A DNA stretch of 64,000 nt from an uncultured delta proteobacterium (GTDB lineage: Bacteria > Desulfobacterota > Desulfuromonadia > Geobacterales > Pseudopelobacteraceae). Shown one piece after another: positions 33,399 to 43,557 of this stretch. The position numbers and the translations under genes are program-made. Position 1 is the first letter of the stretch; the number at the start of each line of letters is the position of its first letter. Where the stretch lies: positions 160,001-224,000 of the forward strand of contig CAVYYZ010000012.1 of assembly GCA_963772835.1 (NCBI GenBank), given 5' to 3'. The notes under the pieces were generated by a model. It was given only the letters and a program-made list of their open reading frames with translations. It had not been told where the DNA came from and did no database searches.

Positions 33399-35279
33399 TT
33401 ATTTTTTTGCTGGTGGCTTGACGCTCACAGCTGATTTTTTGACGGAGCTTTTACCCTTTGTTTTTTTTGAGCTCTTCTTGCTCTTTTTGCCTTTGCTTTT
33501 TTTGCCTTTCGTTATTTTATGCGGTTCCGGGTTGAATTCGTCTCGTATGTTATTGAGCAGGATTGATGTTTCTTCCATAGTAGGATCAGCTTTTTTCGCC
33601 GCTTCGAGCGTCTCTTTAGCCTCACTCAGCCGTCCGGTTTTCATATACAGCCGACCGAGCGCATTGAGCGCTCTGGCATTATCCGGTTTCAGTTCAATCG
33701 CTTTTTTGTACGCATCTGCAGCATTTTCATATTCTTTTTTAAAGTCATATATCAGCCCCAGCTTGTAATGGTTGATCACTTCCTCGGGGCTCAGTTCGAC
33801 CGCCTCTTTAAGCAGAAGCGTTATTTCGTCATACTGTTTATTCTTCACATATATGGATATGAGTGCAGTACGTGCCTCTCCGTCGTCTTTATGAATGGCC
33901 AGAGCCTGTTTTAAATGAGCAACCGCTTTCTCGGTATCTCCTTTTTGAGCGTACAGGGCGGCGATTTCCCGATTGGCATCGCCATCATTCGGGCTGTAGG
34001 TGAGCACGGATCTGTATGACGAAAGCGCCAAAGCGGGCTCTTTACTTTTGGCAAAGATCCGTGCCAGCTTTAGATGGATATCCGGGCTTGCGGGACGCAG
34101 CTTGAGAAAAGCCGAATACTGTTCCACCGCTTCCTGGAACAGACCGCGGGAGAAACGGAGATCACCCAGTCGCAGATGGGATTCGGCGCTGGCGGGATTA
34201 ACCTTGACGGCATGTTTGTAAGCTACGACGGCCTCATCGATCTGAGATTTTTTCTCGAGCAGGATTCCCAGATTGAGGTACACATCACTGTTGGTGCTGT
34301 TGCTGTGTGCGGCCTCTCTATAGGCATTGATAGCGTCCGCATCCTTACCGGACGCCTGGTAGATATGGCCAAGCTTTTCATATAAAAGCGAATCTTCAGG
34401 ATGTTCCTTAATAGCCGCACGAAGGCTTTCTATCTCCTTGTCAGTACCACTCACTGCTGACTGACTGAGTAGTCCCTGAGTGCCCAGCGAGAGTTTGCTT
34501 TTGCCTCCCAGCAATGAATGGTAGGAGGCCAGTTTGTCATCGCCCTTATTTTCATAAACACTCGCCAGCATCAGGTGGATGTCACGATTTTGAGGGGCAG
34601 CAGCTTCTCCCCGTTTCAGCTGTTCCAGCGCCGTATCAAGTTCGCCCCGCTGCAGATAGATTGTTGCAATGCCGATATGAGCCTTTGCCGAGCCGGGGTC
34701 GGCGGCCAAAGCCCTTCTGTATTCTACCAGTGCTTTATCCGGCTGGCTCGATGCAGTATATATTTCAGCCAGAGCGATAAAAACGGACGCATCACCGGTC
34801 AACTCACGCGCCGCCTCATTATAATGATACGCCGCCAACGGATAGATTTTCTGCGCGGCTAAAATTTTCGCCAGCGCCTTATGGTAAAACGGGTTGGGTA
34901 TCGAAGAGAGGCCCCGGGCCAGCTCAACCGACGCTTCGTCATTCATCCCCTTCTGGGCATAAAGCAACCCCAGGTTGCCACTTGCGCGAGCAAAAGAAGG
35001 GGTTTGCTGCAGAACCCGACGATACTCTTCAACAGCCCGATCAAAGTTGCCGGCCCGCTCCTGCCGGAGTGCACCCACAAAATGGGCGGCAGAGCCGTCA
35101 GGGCACTGGGCAATAATATTCTCTTCCATCTGACGCAGTTGAGACTCATCATGGACTGTGTCCAATGTGCCGGCAATCTCGAGCGCTTCTTTACAGGGAT
35201 CGGAGCCGAATCCCCAACTGAATCCGGTCAAAAGGAGAACGGCACTCAGCAGCAACAGGTATGTTTGCAGGTTTTTCAT
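33399..35279 (-). CDS. Exported TPR-repeat protein with Lys-rich tail
   Basis: Signal peptide, many TPR units (e.g. YLNLGILLEKKSQIDEAVVAYKHAVKVNP), C-terminal KKSKGKKSKK tail. Confidence 0.88.
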   Translation of the reverse strand: MKNLQTYLLLLSAVLLLTGFSWGFGSDPCKEALEIAGTLDTVHDESQLRQMEENIIAQCPDGSAAHFVGALRQERAGNFDRAVEEYRRVLQQTPSFARASGNLGLLYAQKGMNDEASVELARGLSSIPNPFYHKALAKILAAQKIYPLAAYHYNEAARELTGDASVFIALAEIYTASSQPDKALVEYRRALAADPGSAKAHIGIATIYLQRGELDTALEQLKRGEAAAPQNRDIHLMLASVYENKGDDKLASYHSLLGGKSKLSLGTQGLLSQSAVSGTDKEIESLRAAIKEHPEDSLLYEKLGHIYQASGKDADAINAYREAAHSNSTNSDVYLNLGILLEKKSQIDEAVVAYKHAVKVNPASAESHLRLGDLRFSRGLFQEAVEQYSAFLKLRPASPDIHLKLARIFAKSKEPALALSSYRSVLTYSPNDGDANREIAALYAQKGDTEKAVAHLKQALAIHKDDGEARTALISIYVKNKQYDEITLLLKEAVELSPEEVINHYKLGLIYDFKKEYENAADAYKKAIELKPDNARALNALGRLYMKTGRLSEAKETLEAAKKADPTMEETSILLNNIRDEFNPEPHKITKGKKSKGKKSKKSSKKTKGKSSVKKSAVSVKPPAKK

Positions 35280-35476
35280 AACCGGTGTTTCCTCAATTTC
35301 AGTCGGTAGTGCGGCGGGATTATACACACGATCCGATACTATTTCAATAATTTAGGTCAATTCAAGCTAAGTACCTGATTATGATCATAAAGGGGTTACT
35401 GAATGTGCGCATCCGCCTGAAATATCGGGATAGATGCAGCGGTGCGGACGGCATGAGGGCCGGAGAACCGGAAGTA

Positions 35477-35505
35477 TTGATTTTATCGCCCTGAAATAGT
35501 ATGCT
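35477..35505 (+). promoter_or_regulatory. Putative sigma-70 promoter of def-fmt
   Basis: TTGATT-17 nt-TATGCT. Confidence 0.5.
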
Positions 35506-35668
35506 TACCCACTAATCCAATTTCAGTTTCATGCCATTGACGAAATCGGGGAGACTGGATTGAAGCACCGGAGACGTTCGCACGTACGTTGAGGAGCAGA
35601 AGACGTCACACCAGAGGGATAACGCCGGTTTTTTGAATTGCCAACTACCATGAAGGATGCGCCATATT

Positions 35669-36175
35669 ATGATTCGCACCATTCTCACCTACCCGAACCC
35701 AGAGCTGAAAAAAAAATCCGCGCCGGTAGAAACAGTCACTGATTCGGTCCGCGACCTTGTAAGGGATATGGCTGAAACCATGTACGCGGCACCGGGTGTC
35801 GGCCTGGCGGCTCCCCAGATCGGCGTCCATCAGCGCGTCATTATTATCGACATTTCGGGTAAAAATGAGCCGCCTGATCTGATTGTTGCGATTAATCCGA
35901 CTATTGTGCATGCCGAGGGAGAAACCTACGAAGAGGAGGGATGCCTCTCTGTGCCCGACTATGCCGCCAACGTCAGACGGCATGCCCGGGTCATCGTCAA
36001 GGCACTGGACCTTGATGGGACTGAACACACCTGGAAAGCTGAAGATCTTCTCGCAATAGCGTTTCAGCACGAAATTGACCATCTTGACGGCACCCTGTTT
36101 GTTGATCACCTCTCGATGCTCAAGCGTGAGCTGTTCCAGCGCAAAGCCCGTAAAGCAGCTGAGGAAAAACGATGA
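35669..36175 (+). CDS. def: Peptide deformylase
   Basis: GVGLAAPQIG, EGCLSVP, QHEIDHLDG; alternative start 35657. Confidence 0.97.
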   Translation: MIRTILTYPNPELKKKSAPVETVTDSVRDLVRDMAETMYAAPGVGLAAPQIGVHQRVIIIDISGKNEPPDLIVAINPTIVHAEGETYEEEGCLSVPDYAANVRRHARVIVKALDLDGTEHTWKAEDLLAIAFQHEIDHLDGTLFVDHLSMLKRELFQRKARKAAEEKR

Positions 36176-37131
36176 CCGGCTGGAGAACCATTTTTATGGG
36201 GACACCGGATTTTGCCTGCCCGACGCTGCTGAAGTTGATCGAGCGTGGAGAGAATCTTGTTGCGGTTGTAACCCAGCCTGACCGCCCCAAGGGACGTGGC
36301 CAGAAGCTGATGCCGCCGCCGGTGAAAGTGCTGGCCGAACAAAACCGCATCGCGGTGTACCAGCCGCTCAAAGTACGTGATCCGGAGTTCGTTGCCATTA
36401 TCCGCGAACTTAAACCGGATGTTATCGTGGTTGTTGCTTTCGGCCAGATACTTCCCAAAGCGCTTCTAGACATACCGGCTCATGGCTGCATTAATGTCCA
36501 TGCATCCCTGCTTCCCCGCTATCGTGGTGCCGCACCTCTCAATTGGTGCATTATGCATGGCGAAGCCGAGACCGGCGTCACCACCATGCTGATGGATGTC
36601 GGGCTCGATACCGGCGATATGCTGCTGGTTCAGAAAACCGGGCTGGATGAAAACGAAGATATTTCATCGCTTCACGATCGCATGGCGACAATGGGTGCAG
36701 ACCTGCTTGCCGACACGCTCGACAGGTTGGCAGCCGGCACCATTACCCCTCAGCGGCAGAATAATGCAGACAGTTGTTATGCCCCGATGCTCAAAAAAGA
36801 AGACGGCATAATAAACTGGCACACCGACGCACGCACGATCCACAACCAGGTACGCGGCCTGGCGGTCTGGCCGGGTGCCTGCACGACCATACACGGCCAG
36901 GTACTTAAAATTTTCCGCACCCGGGTCGGTTGCGGCTCCGGCGAACCGGGAACTGTGCTTCAGGCCGCAAAAGGGCATTTTGAAGTCGCCTGCCAATCGG
37001 GGACTCTTTTTTTGTATGAGCTGCAGCTGGCCGGCAAGAAACGCCTTGACTGTGTCAGCTTTCTGGCCGGCTGCCCCGTTTCCGAAGGCACTCTGCTGGG
37101 CACCGGACAACCAGAGGGTTCATCTCTGTGA
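36172..37131 (+). CDS. fmt: Methionyl-tRNA formyltransferase
   Basis: FMGTPDFA, VTQPDRPKGRG, NVHASLLPRYRGAAP, GLDTGD. Confidence 0.97.
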   Translation: MTGWRTIFMGTPDFACPTLLKLIERGENLVAVVTQPDRPKGRGQKLMPPPVKVLAEQNRIAVYQPLKVRDPEFVAIIRELKPDVIVVVAFGQILPKALLDIPAHGCINVHASLLPRYRGAAPLNWCIMHGEAETGVTTMLMDVGLDTGDMLLVQKTGLDENEDISSLHDRMATMGADLLADTLDRLAAGTITPQRQNNADSCYAPMLKKEDGIINWHTDARTIHNQVRGLAVWPGACTTIHGQVLKIFRTRVGCGSGEPGTVLQAAKGHFEVACQSGTLFLYELQLAGKKRLDCVSFLAGCPVSEGTLLGTGQPEGSSL

Positions 37132-37940
37132 CGAATACTCCGGAACCAGCGGTCACCCCCCCCCGCAAACGGCTCTTTGTTACCCTGATGGGCATAACCT
37201 GCCTGATCGTAGTTGCTTTCATCTTTCTGGCCTGGTGGATCCCCAACCGTGGCCTGGCCAACATACACCCCAATCTTCCGCATGTTGTCGGTATCATCAT
37301 GGTAGTACTTTCCGGTGTGGCGATACTCGGCACCGGCCTGCTGGTACTGACGACCGCACTGGGCAAGGATATTTTTCTGACCCGCTTCATGCGCCTCGTG
37401 GTGATCAAGTTTTTACTGCCGGTCATAGAATTTGTGGGGAGGGTGTTGGGGCTCGATAAGGACCGTATCAGACAATCATTTATCGCGATGAATAACAGCC
37501 TGGTAACATCTCAGCGGATGAAGGTAAAACCGGATCGGATTCTGGTGCTGCTGCCGCACTGTATCCAGTTGTCTGACTGCGAAATCAAAGTGACAGGTGA
37601 TATCCATAAATGTGTTCAATGCGGGCGCTGCAGCATCATGGGACTGGTCGATATCGGGCGGAAATATGCAGTTGATATTTCGGTTGCCACCGGTGGCACA
37701 CTTGCTCGCAAGGTCATCGTGGAGAAGCGGCCAAAACTGGTGCTGGCGGTTGCCTGTGAGCGTGACCTGACCTCCGGTATCAAGGATTGCTATCCACTGC
37801 CGGTCATCGGCATTCTCAACGAACGTCCCTTCGGCCCCTGCTTCAATACGGTCGTGGATGTATCGAAGATTGACGAGGCATTAAGTCAGGTACTGGAACA
37901 CGAAAGACCGTCCGCTTCAAACGACTCAACCAGAATTTAG
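37128..37940 (+). CDS. DUF116-like membrane-anchored Cys-rich protein
   Basis: Two N-terminal TM helices, LLPHC, CVQCGRC, TGGTLAR, AVACERDL, GPCFNT. Confidence 0.8.
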   Translation: MTNTPEPAVTPPRKRLFVTLMGITCLIVVAFIFLAWWIPNRGLANIHPNLPHVVGIIMVVLSGVAILGTGLLVLTTALGKDIFLTRFMRLVVIKFLLPVIEFVGRVLGLDKDRIRQSFIAMNNSLVTSQRMKVKPDRILVLLPHCIQLSDCEIKVTGDIHKCVQCGRCSIMGLVDIGRKYAVDISVATGGTLARKVIVEKRPKLVLAVACERDLTSGIKDCYPLPVIGILNERPFGPCFNTVVDVSKIDEALSQVLEHERPSASNDSTRI

Positions 37941-37941
37941 T

Positions 37942-39399
37942 TCACCGGTTCACAAGCCTCCCGCGAAGATCCTCTACAACCGTACCCCGCGAACCGGCTC
38001 TATCGCACGTAACCAGTTCAACCCTGCCATCCGTTCGCGCCATATAATGAGAGGACACTCCCGGCACCAGCTTCGGGAAATATTTTCCACCGACATCCTC
38101 ATAGAGATCCACCGTGTAAAGCTCTGTCCCTTTTTCCCACCCCCACTCACCTCCGAGATTGAGAATTCCGTCATTTTCATACACCGTTGCAGTGCCGGCC
38201 GGGTTCCGGAAGCCGACATAATATTTACCCTCCTCCTTGTGATATACCGCCGCATCCATGGGAAGCAGGGCATTATCGACCACCTCGCTGAATGTTTTTC
38301 CCTTGATCAGAAATGATTTTTCCGCTTTGCTTAGAGCCCACTCTGAGGTCATCTTGTCCGGACTGTGGGTAAGAATAGTCCTCTCTTTATTCAGTGAGGT
38401 ATGTTTCAATCGGCGGTAGTCGGTATGAACGACGCTTTTGCGCGTTGCAATATCATGAATAACAACCGCATCGTCAAAGGAGGCCAACGCCTCGTGGTAG
38501 CGCTGGCTGCTCCAGGCCCGCTCGATATAATCATTGATGTCACCGTATATGACAGCAGCAGCCTCAAATTCGCTGCGTGACAACTGCAGCCGCTGCGCAC
38601 GTTTTTCGGCATGAAGGGCCTGCCACAGTTCGATATCATGGCAGGTATCCCCGCTGAACACCAGAGACTCCGTTGCGGTCCTGAATCTCACCCCGATACT
38701 CGGGACTCCATGCCAGACCGGTGCGTTGATCGCTTCAATCGTATAACCGGCCGGGTCGTGATAGATGTTCTGTTCCTCTTCGTAGAAGGTCGGCGATGAA
38801 AAGGAATAGAACTGTTCCGGCTCCACCCATTCACAGTATTCAGGGTCCTTGAGCAGGAGCCTCGGAGAACCGTTTTTTGCACTGATGACAATTTTGGCCC
38901 GCTCCGGGCCGACAATACCGCCGTGCACGTCCACGACTGCCAGCATCGAGCCGCCTGCTCCGGTAACCTGTCGCACGATACGATACTTTGCCCGGGGGGC
39001 GAGCGGTCGGAAATCGACGTAATCTTCATAGGCAAGATCAATGACCGACTTTGAATCGCTACTGAGACTTGTATTAAGTGCGGCCCCGGAAGAGACAAGC
39101 AACCCGTTGTTTATCGCTTCCGAGGTAAACACGGGGAGTTTATGTGACATGTCAGGCGCATACAGATTGAAGAGGGAGAGATCGGTAAACCAGCGTTTAT
39201 GGTCATCATGGCAATGGGTGATGATCAATCCCTTGATGGCTTTAAGCCCATGACCGCCGATCTGCTGAAACAGTGGGGAGCCGCAATCTACCAGAAAACT
39301 GCTGTCACCGATGCTGACCTGATAGCCGATACTCTTCCCCATGGAGGAAAATGGTCCATAATCGCCAAGCACCCGGACGAGTATTCCTTCTGTTGTCAC
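37942..39399 (-). CDS. Metallo-beta-lactamase-fold protein of unknown function
   Basis: LVDCG, THCHDDH metal motif, WHGVP, FSGDT, LTH. Confidence 0.75.
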   Translation of the reverse strand: MTTEGILVRVLGDYGPFSSMGKSIGYQVSIGDSSFLVDCGSPLFQQIGGHGLKAIKGLIITHCHDDHKRWFTDLSLFNLYAPDMSHKLPVFTSEAINNGLLVSSGAALNTSLSSDSKSVIDLAYEDYVDFRPLAPRAKYRIVRQVTGAGGSMLAVVDVHGGIVGPERAKIVISAKNGSPRLLLKDPEYCEWVEPEQFYSFSSPTFYEEEQNIYHDPAGYTIEAINAPVWHGVPSIGVRFRTATESLVFSGDTCHDIELWQALHAEKRAQRLQLSRSEFEAAAVIYGDINDYIERAWSSQRYHEALASFDDAVVIHDIATRKSVVHTDYRRLKHTSLNKERTILTHSPDKMTSEWALSKAEKSFLIKGKTFSEVVDNALLPMDAAVYHKEEGKYYVGFRNPAGTATVYENDGILNLGGEWGWEKGTELYTVDLYEDVGGKYFPKLVPGVSSHYMARTDGRVELVTCDRAGSRGTVVEDLRGRLVNR

Positions 39400-39510
39400 A
39401 AGTCACCTCATTGAATAGTTACGGGCTCCGATATCTGTATACCACCGCTCCGCCCCGGTTCACATCAGCATCTCTCGTGAAGAGGACGTTGACTCTGTCC
39501 GTATCCCGCA

Positions 39511-40863
39511 TCATATTTCGGACCTGAACTCCTCATGTTTTCCCGCGACGATTTTTATCTCCCGGGGATAGACAAAGTCCACGTTGAAGGGGTATCCAAC
39601 CGTCCGGACAACCAACTCCCGTAATTTCCGCTCTATATCGTCACTGAGCAATTCATCCGTAATGAGACGCACTTCAAGGTGATCGATCTCGCTCTGGATT
39701 ACCTGATATTGACGTATGGAAGGGGAGATGTCCCTGAATGTTCTTGTACCGAAAATAGGCCAGAAGCGTTCCCCTGTTGGAAGAGTCAGGAGATTGCGGC
39801 GACGGCCAAGGATTCGTCTGAGTGAAGGCAACCCCCGACCACAGAGGCACGGTTCTCCTGCCTCCGCATAATCACCGATGGCATACCGGACCAGCGGAGT
39901 CGCAAAATTATGAAGCGCCGTGACCACCACCTGCCCCACCTGACCCGGCGTGCAGGGGTTGCCTGATTCGTCCAGGATCTCTACCAGCAGATTTTCAGAC
40001 TGGGCATGATAACAATCCCCGTCCGGGCACTGCATGGCGATATATCCGACTTCTTGAGAGCTGTAGAGATCAACGAGCGGCACATTCCACACGTTCCGGC
40101 ATGCCTCTGTGACTTCAGGAGCCAGAGTCTCACCGATGGTGCGGACCTGCTGCAGATTCGTCAGAACCGCACCCTCATGCGCGAATATCTCAAGGAGTGC
40201 CTTCAAATTGGACGGATAGGTCAGTAGATAATGGGGATTTACCCGTTTAAGCCATTCCGCCTGTTTCGAAACATCGACCAAAAGGCTTATCAGTGAACTC
40301 TGCCCCGTCGTATAGATCTGGTTGAACGGCCCTCCCCAGTCCGGCCGGTCCACGCCTCCCTCTGCAGGAAAGTCGAGTACTCTGATGATAGCATGGGTCC
40401 CCTCAACGGAGCGCTTGTGCCAGTGGTGATCCCTGAGAGTCAGGACATTATAGAAGAATTGAGTTAATCCTGTCCCTTGAGTTGTGACAGGCTGCCCGGT
40501 TGAACCGGAGGTGGTGGTACTGAAGATCTCCCCATGTTCGATGGGACTCTGTCGACAGTGCAGTAAATCTCCGGCCTCCTGGATGTCCGCTCTGGTAAGC
40601 AGCGGCAGTTCACGCCACCGCTCCATGGTTATCGGCCCTGAACCGGCAAACCTGGCGAGCCGGTCGGCGGAGAAGGGGCTCGAGACAATCGCATGGGCTA
40701 CGAGCCGTTCCGCCTGGCGAAGCTGGCTTTCGATGAGCCGGTCGGCATCCCACCACTGGCTCTCATCGAGGTAACGGAGCATGGCAAGCATGGATGCCGC
40801 CGGTCCGGACGGCAGCGGAGGCCAGGCAAGTTCAGGCAGTGATGATTTCATGGCATCGTTCAT
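39511..40863 (-). CDS. PaaK/CapK-like adenylate-forming ligase, copy 1
   Basis: TSGSTG P-loop, YSSQEVG, LVRYAIGD, CLCGRGLP, ILGR. Confidence 0.88.
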   Translation of the reverse strand: MNDAMKSSLPELAWPPLPSGPAASMLAMLRYLDESQWWDADRLIESQLRQAERLVAHAIVSSPFSADRLARFAGSGPITMERWRELPLLTRADIQEAGDLLHCRQSPIEHGEIFSTTTSGSTGQPVTTQGTGLTQFFYNVLTLRDHHWHKRSVEGTHAIIRVLDFPAEGGVDRPDWGGPFNQIYTTGQSSLISLLVDVSKQAEWLKRVNPHYLLTYPSNLKALLEIFAHEGAVLTNLQQVRTIGETLAPEVTEACRNVWNVPLVDLYSSQEVGYIAMQCPDGDCYHAQSENLLVEILDESGNPCTPGQVGQVVVTALHNFATPLVRYAIGDYAEAGEPCLCGRGLPSLRRILGRRRNLLTLPTGERFWPIFGTRTFRDISPSIRQYQVIQSEIDHLEVRLITDELLSDDIERKLRELVVRTVGYPFNVDFVYPREIKIVAGKHEEFRSEI

Positions 40864-41726
40864 ATATGCTTGAAACAGACGGTAGGGTAACGGATGCCAT
40901 CACGGTACAATGGGACGACGCAGCCGGCCATGAGGAAGTCCGGCTCCAGAATGGCGCGGACAGATTCAAGGGGAGGGAAAGAATATACCGTCGTGACATA
41001 ACGATAACGGTCTATCACCCTGACGGTCTCAATGGGCCATCCAAGAGCCGCGGCAAGCCGTTCCGGCGAGGGGATACGGGAATGCCACTCCTCCCACGCC
41101 GCCCCCAGACTGATCCCTTCTTCCGGGTTCTCCTGCAGCGCCATCAGCATCCGCCACCTGAAGGCATTAAAATTATCAATACGGCCGTTCCAGAGATCCT
41201 CGAAGACGGTGTCAACCGTTTCACGTTCAGGAGGAGGAACAAACAGTCTCAATACCAGGACCCCGCCCGGTGATATCACCCGCGCCAATTCACGTGAAAT
41301 TTTCCGGTATTCGTCCGGAAAAGACAGTTGTGTCAGAGCACCGTCCCCCGTCACCACATCCAGGCTGGCTTCGGCAATCGGGAGGGAAAGCCAGTTACAG
41401 CAGATCGCAGTTGCATAAGGGAACCCGGCTTTCGGCCAGAGATCACGGATCATTGCCGGTTCTTTGTCAAAAGCTGCTATACGGCTCTTCTCAGGCCACC
41501 TCATCCCGACTATTTCCGGAGTGACTCCCAGAATTCCGGCCCGGGGGCAGGGGCAGGCCGCTTCCCGGTGCCAGTCACGGATCATCCGTTCCATGACGGC
41601 CGTATCTTCGGGGGACGGGCGCAGCGGGGGGCCCACCAGGGACCAGTCGGAAATGATACTGCTCCAGAATGGTTCCGAGCTGTTTTCGACAGCGCCCGTC
41701 ATACGTGCGGAGATGTCCGTTTTCAC
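40860..41726 (-). CDS. Class I SAM-dependent methyltransferase
   Basis: ILGVTPE variant motif I, AFD, LPIAEASLDVVTGDG, LARVISPGG; 4-nt overlaps with both neighbours. Confidence 0.75.
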   Translation of the reverse strand: MKTDISARMTGAVENSSEPFWSSIISDWSLVGPPLRPSPEDTAVMERMIRDWHREAACPCPRAGILGVTPEIVGMRWPEKSRIAAFDKEPAMIRDLWPKAGFPYATAICCNWLSLPIAEASLDVVTGDGALTQLSFPDEYRKISRELARVISPGGVLVLRLFVPPPERETVDTVFEDLWNGRIDNFNAFRWRMLMALQENPEEGISLGAAWEEWHSRIPSPERLAAALGWPIETVRVIDRYRYVTTVYSFPPLESVRAILEPDFLMAGCVVPLYRDGIRYPTVCFKHI

Positions 41727-42664
41727 GGCATCGCCGCAGGGGGGGACGGCTCCTTATCCGGCGTTCCAGTGCCGTAGCCGGGGGGGGGAACCTGTCCGCC
41801 GCGCAGCTCGGGGTAGGCTTCGGGATAGAAACTGTCATAAAACCAGCGATATTTGCAGAATATCTCCCGCGCAATCCGGGGGGATATGCGATGAGCGGGA
41901 GGGGGAGAAATTTTCGGGTGAGTGGCGTGGCGGTACTTGTAGCGGTAGTAGCTGTCGCTCTCATGCGGCTTCACCGGGAGCGTGCCCGGGTCGATGGTGC
42001 AGTCCGGCAGTCCCAGCCAGGTGAAGATCCGGGACATCTCGCCCGCCGGATCGTTCATCAGCCGCTCGAAGATAACAAAGTAGACCCGCTCTTTGATGCC
42101 GGTGTCTTCAGAGATGTCCTGCAGATTCTCAATGGACCGGAGCGGCCCTCCCACGACGCCGTTGTTGCTGAAGAGAGAATCCCCCCGGAACCAGGCTGAG
42201 TTTGGAGCCATGTGGTCAGGAAAATCCAGCAGGAGTGTTTTCTGGTGCTGTGCCTCTATGGAACCGAGAATCTGGATCGGGTCGCGAACGCAGACCAGCA
42301 TGCGAAAAGCGGGGTCCAGCAGCTGCACCGTCTGTACCATGCCGAGCCAGCTCCGGTTCTTGTCCGCCACGAACGGCCGGTCGGTCTCCCCGGTCCAACC
42401 GTTGATAAAACCGCGGAAGGCATTGACGATGCGCCCGTACGCCAGATCGAAGTCCACGTCCAGCTGGGCGAGCAGAAAAGGGCTGTCACTCAGACCATGG
42501 CGCAGCTGTTCGAGAATGTTTGCAAGAGGAGAGCTGTGGCCAATACTGTAGATACGGGGGTGGATACCAAGAAGCTGACAGATGAGCGTGGAACCGGCAC
42601 GGGGAAGGCCGCTGACGTATACCATCTGTTTTGCAAGACCGGTGTGTGGAGCGCGTGAAGTCAT
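41723..42664 (-). CDS. PAPS-dependent sulfotransferase (Sulfotransfer_3/TPST-like)
   Basis: 5'-PSB loop SGLPRAGSTL, DKNR, 3'-PB motif CVRDP...GS, FERL..DP; no signal peptide; GGAGGG SD before ATG 42664. Confidence 0.88.
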   Translation of the reverse strand: MTSRAPHTGLAKQMVYVSGLPRAGSTLICQLLGIHPRIYSIGHSSPLANILEQLRHGLSDSPFLLAQLDVDFDLAYGRIVNAFRGFINGWTGETDRPFVADKNRSWLGMVQTVQLLDPAFRMLVCVRDPIQILGSIEAQHQKTLLLDFPDHMAPNSAWFRGDSLFSNNGVVGGPLRSIENLQDISEDTGIKERVYFVIFERLMNDPAGEMSRIFTWLGLPDCTIDPGTLPVKPHESDSYYRYKYRHATHPKISPPPAHRISPRIAREIFCKYRWFYDSFYPEAYPELRGGQVPPPGYGTGTPDKEPSPPAAMP

Positions 42665-42801
42665 GGTACCCTCCGGAGGTATATACAACTGCAAAAGCGC
42701 GAAAATTTTAATGCACAACCCTCAAATAAGCAATCACTTCCATCAGATAGTGCTAAAATTTTATCTTTCGCAGCAGGCGTTTCAGTGTATAGTTACGTCC
42801 C

Positions 42802-43557
42802 ATGATCGCCTCGACTCCCCAGACCCTCTTTGCCGCTTCCGCGCTGCTCGGCTTCTGTGCCCAGATGGTGGGAAGCTCCCTTGGCATGGCATACAGCGTC
42901 ACCTGCTCCTCCGTGCTTCTTACCATGGGCATACCCCCCGCCATGGCGAGCGCCACGGTACATACATCTGAAATAGCCAACCGCCTGTTTTCAGGCATAT
43001 CCCATTTCCGTTTCGGCAATACCGACCCCGCCATTGTCAAGCCTCTGGCCCTTTTCGGCATGGCTGGTGCCCTGGTCGGCGCATGCCTGGTCACCTCGCT
43101 GCCGGCAGCTTTTATGCGGCCTCTGGTGGCTGTCATGCTCCTTGTCATGGGACTTCGCATCATTTCCATGGCCTACCGCAGCGCACGTCCCGAATCGGGA
43201 CCGGTCCGCCTCGGCCCGCTCGGTTTTGCCGGCGGCCTTGTCGATGTCATCGGTGGCGGCGGCTGGGGACCTGTGGTAACATCCACCTTGATGCTCAAGG
43301 GCCACGATACGCACAAAGTGATCGGTTCAATCAACTTCGCCAAGTTTTTCGTGGCAGCGGTGGAAGCGGCCGCACTCCTGGCCCTTATCAGGTCACCGCA
43401 ATGGACCATCATCGGCGGACTCGTTATCGGTGGACTTCTCGCCGCTCCCCTTTCCGCCTGGGGATGCAGAAAGCTCCCGACACGGCCCCTCATGCTGCTT
43501 GTGGGCGCCCTGGTCTGTGTTCTCAGCATCAGAACGCTCGTAAAGGCCTTCACATGA
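42802..43557 (+). CDS. TauE/SafE family sulfur-anion transporter
   Basis: About 8 hydrophobic helices, [24 protein letters not shown]. Confidence 0.88.
   Translation: MIASTPQTLFAASALLGFCAQMVGSSLGMAYSVTCSSVLLTMGIPPAMASATVHTSEIANRLFSGISHFRFGNTDPAIVKPLALFGMAGALVGACLVTSLPAAFMRPLVAVMLLVMGLRIISMAYRSARPESGPVRLGPLGFAGGLVDVIGGGGWGPVVTSTLMLKGHDTHKVIGSINFAKFFVAAVEAAALLALIRSPQWTIIGGLVIGGLLAAPLSAWGCRKLPTRPLMLLVGALVCVLSIRTLVKAFT

Noticed and set aside
43083..43553. 157-aa N-terminal extension of cysD
   Set aside because: It is an alternative frame inside tauE; CysD starts at ATG 43554 overlapping the tauE stop
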